64,000 bases of DNA from Candidatus Latescibacterota bacterium (GTDB lineage: Bacteria; Latescibacterota; UBA2968; UBA8231): assembly GCA_965215195.1 (NCBI GenBank), contig CBDCDC010000002.1, positions 3,232,001 through 3,296,000 of the forward strand. The letters run 5' to 3'. The notes beneath the pieces were generated by a model. The model worked only from the letters and a program-made list of their open reading frames with translations, was not told where the DNA came from and ran no database searches. Of the stretch, positions 51,922 through 59,772 are shown one piece after another (the first letter of the stretch is position 1; every line of letters begins with the position of its first letter). The translations under genes and the position numbers were made by a program.

Positions 51922-53463
51922 GTGGTCCGGCCCCCTGTCAACCGCATCATTTCCGCGACTTGGGTCGCCCTGATTGCGCTACATGTCCTCCACGTTCTGC
52001 GCTACGACTTTGTCTCGGACGACGCCTTTATCAGCTTGCGCTACGCGGCCAATCTACTCGCCGGACACGGGCTGGTTTTCAACCCAGGAGAACGCGTCGA
52101 GGGCTTTACCAGCCCGCTGTGGACCTTGCTTTTGGCCGGGTTTGGTGCCTGCGGTTTTGACCTGCTAGAAGCTGCCCGCGCCCTCGGCTTGCTCTGTTCG
52201 GTCCTCGCGCTCCCAACCACCTATTGGCTGGCCCGCCAGTGCGGGGCGGCCCGGCCGACCGCCTTGATCGCACCGGCCTTGCTGGCCTGTAACGGCTCTT
52301 TTGCCTGCTGGGCCGCCTCGGGCATGGAGACCCCGCTCTTTGTCGGCCTGATTGCCGCTGCTTTTGCCACTGCCTTGGCCGGAGGCTACTGGACCTCGGC
52401 TAGTTTGGCGGCGGCCGCCGCCCTAGCCCGGCCGGAGGGGCTGCTGGTCTTATTTGTTTTAGGCCTCTATCAACTGTTGCCGGCCAAGCGAGGCGAGGGC
52501 CGCTCGTGCCTGCCGTGGCTCCTCGTTGGCGGCGGCCCGTACGCCCTTTTCTTGGGGTTCCGCCGCTGGTACTACGGGGACTGGCTGCCCAATACATACT
52601 ACGCCAAAACCGGGGGCGGCTGGGCGCAAATACAGCGCGGGCTGGACTATCTGCGCGACTACGCCGCCGATCACGAGGGCCTACTGCTGCTGGTCGGACT
52701 GGCGGTTTTTGCCCTTTTGCGCCGCACAGCCGGGCTGCGCTTGGTGGCTGTCGGCTGGTTGCTCTTTTGGCTGGCGGTCGCGTGGATGGGCGGCGACGGT
52801 CTGCCCATGTACCGCTTTGCGCTGGCCCCACTGCCCCTGTTTGCGGCCTTGGCCGCAGCCTTGGTCTCCGACTTGGCGCGGCCCTCGCTTTGGGAAGGCC
52901 GCAAAAGCGGGGTGGCCTTGGCGGTGGTGCTGGGCTGCGCTTGGGCCTATGCGCATGGGTCGCCGCCGCGCCTCAAGTCGCACTACAGCGCGTATCAGTT
53001 TCAGCAACAAGTAGAAATTCCCCGCTGGACCCGGGTGGGCCAGTGGTTGGCCGCCAGTGCGCCAGCCGGGGCCAGCATTGCCGTCGTGCCCATTGGCGCG
53101 GTGGCGTATTACTCCAAGCTCGAGGTGCGCGATATGCTGGGCCTGACCGACCGGCACATTGCCCAGCGCAACCTGTCGGGCCTAGGCCGGGGCTGGGCCG
53201 GCCACGAAAAGCACGACGGCCAGTACGTCCTCCGCCGCCGACCCACGTACCTCCTGCTGGGCAATGTCGATGTGACCGAGCAGCCCCGCGACCCCGGCAA
53301 GCGGCCCTTTATTCCCTACGACAATCCCCACATCTGGGCGCGGGAACGGGATATGTTTGCCACCGAGTTGATTTTTGAACGCTACCAGCCCCGTTCGGTC
53401 CAGCTCGCCCCGGGACAGTACCTCAACTTTTACGAGCTAAAACCAGAGTTCCGCCAGCCGTAA
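51922..53463 (+). CDS. GT-C fold membrane glycosyltransferase (AftB-like)
   Basis: DDAFISLRYA.NL..GHGLVFNPGERVEGFTSPLW, SGMET, RPEG, PNTYYAK, G...YY....DMLGLTD. Confidence 0.78.
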   Translation: MVRPPVNRIISATWVALIALHVLHVLRYDFVSDDAFISLRYAANLLAGHGLVFNPGERVEGFTSPLWTLLLAGFGACGFDLLEAARALGLLCSVLALPTTYWLARQCGAARPTALIAPALLACNGSFACWAASGMETPLFVGLIAAAFATALAGGYWTSASLAAAAALARPEGLLVLFVLGLYQLLPAKRGEGRSCLPWLLVGGGPYALFLGFRRWYYGDWLPNTYYAKTGGGWAQIQRGLDYLRDYAADHEGLLLLVGLAVFALLRRTAGLRLVAVGWLLFWLAVAWMGGDGLPMYRFALAPLPLFAALAAALVSDLARPSLWEGRKSGVALAVVLGCAWAYAHGSPPRLKSHYSAYQFQQQVEIPRWTRVGQWLAASAPAGASIAVVPIGAVAYYSKLEVRDMLGLTDRHIAQRNLSGLGRGWAGHEKHDGQYVLRRRPTYLLLGNVDVTEQPRDPGKRPFIPYDNPHIWARERDMFATELIFERYQPRSVQLAPGQYLNFYELKPEFRQP

Positions 53464-53486
53464 CCGCGCCCGGCATTTGGCATCTA

Positions 53487-55493
53487 GTGGAGAACTTTGT
53501 AGCCTATCCGCAGCGAATTGCCCAGCATCCTCTACCCCATGCCAACCAGCCCATGTCGCGTCCGCAACCTGCCCTTGCTGCCCATGTGACTGGGCGCGGC
53601 CTCTTCATCGGCTGCGTCCTGTGCGCCGTCATTGCCATTGGCGCACCCTATGGACGCCAGCTAATCCAAGGCACTTCGCTGGCCCTGACGTCGGCTACCC
53701 CGATCGCGTTTTTTCTCTTTTTTGTGCTGCTGCTGACCCTGCATCTGGTCTTGGGCTGGTGCCGGCGCGGCTGGGCCCTCCAGCGGGGCGAGCTGATTAC
53801 CATCTTCACCATGATGATGGTGGCTGCGGCCATTCCCACCAAAGGCGTCAACGGCCTGCTCATGCCCATGATTACGGGCACCTTCTACTACGCTACCCCG
53901 GAAAACGATTGGGTCGAGCAAATCCATCCGTGGCTGCCCCGCTGGATCTTGGTGGCCAATCCCGAAGCGGTTAAAGAATTTTACGAAGGGGCCAGCCGCG
54001 GCCGTGGTATCCCTTGGGCGCATTGGTTGCCTCCTTTGGGTGCTTGGCTGTTGCTCTACGGCTCCTTGTATCTAGCTGCGACCTGCCTCAGCGTCATTTT
54101 GCGCCGCCAGTGGGTCCAGCACGAGCGCCTGATCTACCCGCTCATGCAGGTGCCGCTGGCCATGATGGCCGACGATCCGCAGGGCCGGCTGTTAAAGCCC
54201 TTTTTCCGCAGTTGGACCATGTGGATCGGCTTTGCCATCCCGGTGGTCTTTATGAGTTTTTTTGCTCTGCACAACTACTTTCCCTATTTCCCCCAAGTCG
54301 TCCTCAGAACCTCCATTGACGTGTTCCGCCAGAGCATTTTCCTGACCTTTGGGCTCAATTTTCTCATGCTGGGCTTTGGTTATTTCATCAATACGCAGAT
54401 CGGCTTCAGCTTGTGGTTTTTTTACTTGTTGCACCAGCTACAGGAGGGGCTGCTGTTTTACTACGGCCTGCAAGATACCCAAGCCGAATTGGGCTGGTGG
54501 ACCGAACCGGGCATGGGACACCAGATGATGGGGGCCCTCATCGTCTTGGTTCTCTCCGGGCTGTGGATAGGCCGACCCCATTTCAAACGGGTCCTGCGCA
54601 AGGCTTGGCACCGGGACGCCCCGGTAGAAGATGGCGACGAGATCATGTCCTATCGGGCCGCTGTCTGCGGCGCAGCTTGTGGCCTTGCCGGCCTGTGGCT
54701 GTGGCTGTGGCAGACCGGCATTCCCGCTTGGATTGTTCCGGTGTTCCTCTTTGCGGGCTTGGTCATCTTCATCGGCCTAGCCCGGGTCATTTCCGAGACC
54801 GGGCTACCGATCTTCAAAGCCAATATGATCCCGGCGGGCTTTGTCGTGTCCAGCGTAGGCGTACCGGCTCTGGGCGTAAAGGGCATGGTCGCCACCGGCT
54901 ACACTATGGTGTGGTGCGGCGACTTATTGGTTTTTATGATGGCACCCTTGGCCCACGGCCTGCGCCTCGGCAGCGAGCTGCAAAGCGGCCAGCGCCGCCT
55001 GACGTGGGCTGTGGGCTTGGCCATGGTCATCGCCTTGGTCCTGTCGGCGTGGTTCACCATGTACCTCGCCTACCGCTACGGCTCCATGAACCTGCTCATT
55101 TCCCAACACTACGCGGCCGAGCCTTCCCGCTTTGCCCTCGAAAAGATCGCCAATCCCACCGGCCCCAGCCTGAGCGGGTACTCGTGGATGGCCGGGGGGG
55201 GGCTGATTATGGGGCTGCTGCTTTTGGCCCGGCATCAGTTTTTGTGGTGGCCGTTCCATCCCCTCGGGTTCTTGGTCAGCCACGGCCGGGTAATGGATGG
55301 GATTTGGTTTACTCTCTTTTTAGCTTGGCTCTTTAAGAGCTTGGTGCTCAAGTACGGGGGCGTGGGTTTGTACCGCCAGACCCTGCCGTTTTTTTTGGGC
55401 CTTGCCTTGGGCCACATAGTCATCGGCGGCGTCTGGTTGGTCATCGACGGGTTTACCGGCATGGTGGGCAACCGCATCCCCCTCTACTATTAG
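53487..55493 (+). CDS. DUF6785/DUF6784-like polytopic membrane protein (close paralogue of 46614..48590)
   Basis: Shares long near-identical segments (ALTSATP, GYTMVWCGDLLVFMMAPLA, GNRIPLY); start may be ATG 53553. Confidence 0.78.
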   Translation: MENFVAYPQRIAQHPLPHANQPMSRPQPALAAHVTGRGLFIGCVLCAVIAIGAPYGRQLIQGTSLALTSATPIAFFLFFVLLLTLHLVLGWCRRGWALQRGELITIFTMMMVAAAIPTKGVNGLLMPMITGTFYYATPENDWVEQIHPWLPRWILVANPEAVKEFYEGASRGRGIPWAHWLPPLGAWLLLYGSLYLAATCLSVILRRQWVQHERLIYPLMQVPLAMMADDPQGRLLKPFFRSWTMWIGFAIPVVFMSFFALHNYFPYFPQVVLRTSIDVFRQSIFLTFGLNFLMLGFGYFINTQIGFSLWFFYLLHQLQEGLLFYYGLQDTQAELGWWTEPGMGHQMMGALIVLVLSGLWIGRPHFKRVLRKAWHRDAPVEDGDEIMSYRAAVCGAACGLAGLWLWLWQTGIPAWIVPVFLFAGLVIFIGLARVISETGLPIFKANMIPAGFVVSSVGVPALGVKGMVATGYTMVWCGDLLVFMMAPLAHGLRLGSELQSGQRRLTWAVGLAMVIALVLSAWFTMYLAYRYGSMNLLISQHYAAEPSRFALEKIANPTGPSLSGYSWMAGGGLIMGLLLLARHQFLWWPFHPLGFLVSHGRVMDGIWFTLFLAWLFKSLVLKYGGVGLYRQTLPFFLGLALGHIVIGGVWLVIDGFTGMVGNRIPLYY

Positions 55494-55673
55494 GCTGTGT
55501 ACGACAATTGTTCAATACGTCATTCCGGCGCTTCACCGCGCCATCCGTTTTCACGAGGACAGGCTTTAGCCCCGGTTCGGCGATGGTGCTCTGGCCCATG
55601 ACACGCTGCGTACCACTCGTTATTTTTTTGGCCTAGCCCATCATTAACTTCATTTACTGAAAGGAGCAGGATC

Positions 55674-56417
55674 ATGGCTGAAGAAAATGTCCGTACCGAA
55701 GTTGCCCACGTGCGCGGCGAGATGCGCGAGAAGTCGGCGCAAGCCGATGCGAAATTGGCCGATATGAACGGCAAGATGCGCGAGGGCTTTGCCCAAGTAC
55801 GAGGCGAAATGGATACTGGATTTGCCCATGTGCGCGGCGAGATGCGAGAGGGATTCGCACGGGTGGACAAGGAAATCGTCCATGTGCGCGGCGAAATGGA
55901 GACCGGATTTGCCGAGATCAACGGCAAAATGGACGCCGGGTTTGCCCGCGTGGACAAGGAAATCGCCCATGTGCGCGGCGAAATGGAGACCGGATTTGCC
56001 GAGATCAACGGCAAGATGGAGACCGGATTCGCACGGGTGGACAAGGAAATCGTCCACGTGCGCGGCGAAATGGAGACCGGATTTGCCGAGATCAACGGCA
56101 AAATGGACGCCGGATTCGCACGGGTGGACAAGGAAATCGTCCACGTGCGCGGCGAAATGGAGACCGGGTTTGCCGAGATCAACGGCAAGATGGATGCCGG
56201 GTTTGCCCGCGTGGACAAGGAAATCGTCCACGTGCGCGGCGAAATGGAGACCGGGTTTGCCGAGATCAACGGCAAAATGGATGCCGGATTTGCCCGCATG
56301 CGGAGCGACATGGAGAAATCGGTCAAGACCTTACTCTATGCGATCCTCAGCACCGGCGGCGTACTGGTCTTGGGCATGATCACCGCGCTCATCAAATTCT
56401 GGTTCACCACCCCATAG
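55674..56417 (+). CDS. Tail-anchored repetitive coiled-coil protein (DUF1640/CCDC90/Bdr-like architecture)
   Basis: AAGGAG RBS; 29-aa repeat GFARVDKEIVHVRGEMETGFAEINGKMDA x5; single C-terminal TM helix. Confidence 0.75.
   Translation: MAEENVRTEVAHVRGEMREKSAQADAKLADMNGKMREGFAQVRGEMDTGFAHVRGEMREGFARVDKEIVHVRGEMETGFAEINGKMDAGFARVDKEIAHVRGEMETGFAEINGKMETGFARVDKEIVHVRGEMETGFAEINGKMDAGFARVDKEIVHVRGEMETGFAEINGKMDAGFARVDKEIVHVRGEMETGFAEINGKMDAGFARMRSDMEKSVKTLLYAILSTGGVLVLGMITALIKFWFTTP
55851..56297 (+). repeat. 87-bp tandem repeat, 5 near-identical copies plus a partial copy
   Basis: GGATTCGCACGGGTGGACAAGGAAATCGTCCACGTGCGCGGCGAAATGGAGACCGGATTTGCCGAGATCAACGGCAAAATGGACGCC unit; degenerate 33-bp subunits upstream. 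Confidence 0.95.
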
Positions 56418-56554
56418 ACGCCCTCGTTCGAGGGTGCTCCAAATCCGCCCACTTTTTGCTTGAGATTGCGGCGTATTCGCCGTATCCTATGAAGAAATTT
56501 GCAGGCACGAGGCACTTTTTCTATTCATCCAACTCATCCAAAGGAGGTGGGTTC

Positions 56555-57481
56555 ATGCAGCGCATTGCTATTCTCTTTACAGTCCTCGCCCTAGCGGCCC
56601 TGCCCAATGCGGGCCAAGCGCACTGGGACGCTGGCACAGTTTGGTTCGTCGTCCAGTTTCCCGACGGGGCTACCCCCACCATTGACGGCAATCACGGCGA
56701 CTGGGACGGAGTGCCAGCTTCTTATGGCATTGACAACTCGGTCTTCAACGACGCCCGCGGCCTAGTGCCCGAAGGCTGGAGCAACGCCGACTGGGACGTC
56801 ACCGACTTCAGCATGTTGCACCGGGTCGGCTGGAACGAGACGGACAACAAGATCTACATGGCCACCCAAACCTTCGACGACGAACACAACATGGACCGCA
56901 CCAGCCACTGGAGCGAGGACGATTCGTGGGAGGTGTCGTTTACCTATAACCACGACGCCTATGCCGATGACGGCGGCTACGTCGACATCAACGACGAGAA
57001 CATCGGCATCAATACCCGCTACAACTTCGCGGTGCCCGTCCATCCGACCCTCGGCGACTGGTTCTGGTTGCGCCCGGGCGATTTGACCGGCACCGAGTGG
57101 ATATGGCCCGGTACCGATTGGCTCGAATTCAACTACACTTGGGATGGCGACGAATTCGGCGAGAGCACCTATTACTACGAAATGGGTCTCACGCCCATAG
57201 GCTCGTACCCTACGGGTCTAGAGGGCGGCTACCAGCCCGAGGATGTGGAGGTATGGGATCTGGAAGAAGGTCAGATCATCCACATTTCCATCGTCCAGAT
57301 CGACAATGATGGCGACTTCAACAACTATCGCACCCCCGGTTGCTGCGGCTACTGGAGCACCCTTGACAATTGCTGCGCTTCTGTCAACGATTGGTTTCTG
57401 GCCGAGCCGGATCCGGCCTTTGTCGCCTCCACCGCGGTCGAGGACGATAGCTGGGGCCGCATCAAGGCCCGCTTTAAGTAG
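56555..57481 (+). CDS. Secreted acidic protein, CBM9/DOMON-like sugar-binding fold, C-terminal TAVEDDSWGRIKARF motif
   Basis: AAGGAGGTG RBS; signal peptide; PTIDG...DW, W...DNKIY, DD, D..E motifs. Confidence 0.72.
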   Translation: MQRIAILFTVLALAALPNAGQAHWDAGTVWFVVQFPDGATPTIDGNHGDWDGVPASYGIDNSVFNDARGLVPEGWSNADWDVTDFSMLHRVGWNETDNKIYMATQTFDDEHNMDRTSHWSEDDSWEVSFTYNHDAYADDGGYVDINDENIGINTRYNFAVPVHPTLGDWFWLRPGDLTGTEWIWPGTDWLEFNYTWDGDEFGESTYYYEMGLTPIGSYPTGLEGGYQPEDVEVWDLEEGQIIHISIVQIDNDGDFNNYRTPGCCGYWSTLDNCCASVNDWFLAEPDPAFVASTAVEDDSWGRIKARFK

Positions 57482-57531
57482 GTCGCGTCGCCGCTGGAAT
57501 CGCCTCAATCCAGCTTAGGGGCAACGCTCGG

Positions 57532-57567
57532 AAGCCCGTGTTCCAGCGTGGAACACGGGCTTTTTTT
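57532..57567 (+). terminator. Rho-independent terminator
   Basis: AAGCCCGTGTTCCA-GCG-TGGAACACGGGCTTTTTTT. Confidence 0.88.
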
Positions 57568-57602
57568 GTTCGCCGCCAAAGACGTACCTCCAAAGGGGAC
57601 GC

Positions 57603-59762
57603 ATGAGAAAACACGGGGTGTTATGGCTGGTCATTGCGCTGGCGAGTCCGGTACTGGGCGATTGGGCCGAGTTCGCGCTGGGCGGCGAGGACGGCAATCC
57701 CTGGACCATCCCCCTCGCGCTAGAGGGAGAAGAAGGCGGCTTCTACACCGTGTACGGCACCGACGGTCAAGTCGTGCGCACCGAGTCCGTGGGCACGTCC
57801 CCCCAGTGGGTCGGTGCCGATACCCTGATCAGCTACGCCGACGGCAGCATGACGCCTTCTTGGGTTGACCCCAACTTGAACCTGACCCACATCGTCAGTT
57901 GGGACCAGAACGGTCAGAGCCAAGTGCCCTTTCACGATCTAGGCGGCAATATCCGCGTCACCCAAGGCGAGAATTCGGCTTTCATGGGCATGACCCTGCC
58001 CAGCACCCTGCTGGCCTACGACGGCGACCGCACCTCGGCCATGTTTCGCATTTTCGTGCAGCGCGAGGGGGCACCCCCGGGGGTGGGCCGCGGCTTCCGC
58101 AACAATACCATTACCAATTTCGGCGCTGAAATGCCCATCAATCGCATCCGCTTCTATCCCCGGCTCAGCAAGACTGAAGACGCCCATATCATCGCCGCCA
58201 TGGCCGAGCCCAAACCCGACCCCGATGCGTTTGGCGAGGAGAGCTTTGCCGCCAACTTTCTCGAGTGGTACGAGATTGGCATCGCCGACAACAGCGCCCC
58301 CATAGCCGACGATGCTTTCACTGTTCCCAAAGGACTGCGCTGGCACAAAGTCCTCTCCTCGGCTGGCCTCGGCGGCTACCGGGTGAGCAACGATCCGGCC
58401 TATACCATTCTGCGCAGTGTGCGCGAAAACCTCGACGTGGTGGTCGACTTTCGCTTCCCCCTGCGGCACGTCCGCTGGGTGGCCATCCGCGCCTTGGACC
58501 CAGTGCGCGACTGGGAAATCGCCGAGGTAGAAATCTACGGACAAGGGTTTGTGCGCCAAGCCCGCTATCTAACCGACATCCTCGACTTTGGCCAACCCAT
58601 CAACTGGGGCAAAATCCGCTGGAGTGGCCAGCGGCCTCCCGGCACCCAAGTCGAAATCCGCACCCGCACGGGCACCGACCACAACCCCCACATCTACTGG
58701 CAGCCCAACGCCATTACCGGCGAGGCCGAGGAAATTAGCTTTGACGAGCACTTCAGCCTGCCCGTGCGCGAGCGCGAACCCCCGCTATACGACCGCGACC
58801 ACTGGAGCTTTTGGTCGCCTCCCTACGACTTTGCGGACGGCTTGCGCGACCGCGCTCAGGAGGCAGCTTGGGCCGACGGCACGGTCCTGCAGTCGCCCTC
58901 TCCACGACGCTACATGCAGTTGCAGATCACCTTGTTTGCCACTGAAACCGAGGCCCCCCGCCTCGACGAGCTACAGTTTCAGCTAGCCCATTCCCTGTCG
59001 GCTTCCGCACTGCTAGGCGAAATTTGGCCGGTCGAAGTCGAAGACACCCGCGCCCAGCGCTTCACGTACGTGGTGCGCCCGGATTTCCAAACCGGCGACA
59101 CGGGCTTCGACCGGCTCGAGATCGGCACCCATACCCAAGTTGACACCGTCTATCACGTCAAAATCGGCGGCGTAGAAATCGATCTGGCGGCCTTCCCGCC
59201 CCAAGTGCTGGCCGACCGCCTCATCGTGGTGCTAGACCGCAAGCTGTCAAGCCCGGAAACCGACCGCTTCAAGCAGGTGGAGGTCGCTTTCAAAGTGCCG
59301 GTTCTGCGCTTCGGCACTGAATTTGCCGGCTGGGTGTACAACAGCGACGACCCCGACCGCATCAAGCAGAAGGTACAGCCGGGCAACGCCACCTTCCGCT
59401 ACGCGGGCGACGTGCTAGCCGTGCGCACCCGCGTAGGAGGTCGGCTGTTGGCGGATGTGCGGGTGCATCCCAACCCTTTTACCCCCAACGGCGACCGGGT
59501 CAACGACGCCACGCGGCTGTCCTTTGACGTGCGCGAAGTGGTCGTGCGCCGTCCCTTGCAAGTGGTCCTGTACGACCTATCGGGCCGCGAGGTTCGGACC
59601 TTGGCTACCACGCAGATCAAAACCGGCATAGTAGAGTACTCTTGGGACGGACGCCGGTCCGACGGCGAGCTGGTGCCCGTAGGGGTCTATGTTTACCGCA
59701 TTCGCCTAGACACCGACCAAGGCGCAGAAGAACAAGTCGGCACCATTGCGGTCGCCTACTAG
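57603..59762 (+). CDS. Secreted FlgD-Ig/TPNGDG-type paralogue family protein
   Basis: Signal peptide; NRIRFYPR; RTRTGTD; WSFWSPPY; SPSPRRYMQ; GEIWP; GFD; PNPFTPNGDRVND; YDLSGREVRTL; ends VAY. Confidence 0.8.
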   Translation: MRKHGVLWLVIALASPVLGDWAEFALGGEDGNPWTIPLALEGEEGGFYTVYGTDGQVVRTESVGTSPQWVGADTLISYADGSMTPSWVDPNLNLTHIVSWDQNGQSQVPFHDLGGNIRVTQGENSAFMGMTLPSTLLAYDGDRTSAMFRIFVQREGAPPGVGRGFRNNTITNFGAEMPINRIRFYPRLSKTEDAHIIAAMAEPKPDPDAFGEESFAANFLEWYEIGIADNSAPIADDAFTVPKGLRWHKVLSSAGLGGYRVSNDPAYTILRSVRENLDVVVDFRFPLRHVRWVAIRALDPVRDWEIAEVEIYGQGFVRQARYLTDILDFGQPINWGKIRWSGQRPPGTQVEIRTRTGTDHNPHIYWQPNAITGEAEEISFDEHFSLPVREREPPLYDRDHWSFWSPPYDFADGLRDRAQEAAWADGTVLQSPSPRRYMQLQITLFATETEAPRLDELQFQLAHSLSASALLGEIWPVEVEDTRAQRFTYVVRPDFQTGDTGFDRLEIGTHTQVDTVYHVKIGGVEIDLAAFPPQVLADRLIVVLDRKLSSPETDRFKQVEVAFKVPVLRFGTEFAGWVYNSDDPDRIKQKVQPGNATFRYAGDVLAVRTRVGGRLLADVRVHPNPFTPNGDRVNDATRLSFDVREVVVRRPLQVVLYDLSGREVRTLATTQIKTGIVEYSWDGRRSDGELVPVGVYVYRIRLDTDQGAEEQVGTIAVAY

Positions 59763-59772
59763 GAGCCTGAGC

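Noticed and set aside
55492-55570. REP/MITE-like fragment (GGCTGTGTAC..., CGTCATTCCGGCG)
   Set aside because: Single degenerate copy with no partner arm or second copy found in the window
55851-56297. CRISPR array
   Set aside because: Repeats are contiguous, in frame within a CDS and have no unique spacers; no cas genes in the window
55520-56379. Long alternative-frame ORFs over the tandem repeat
   Set aside because: By-products of a stop-free 87-bp unit; only 55674..56417 has an RBS and coherent architecture
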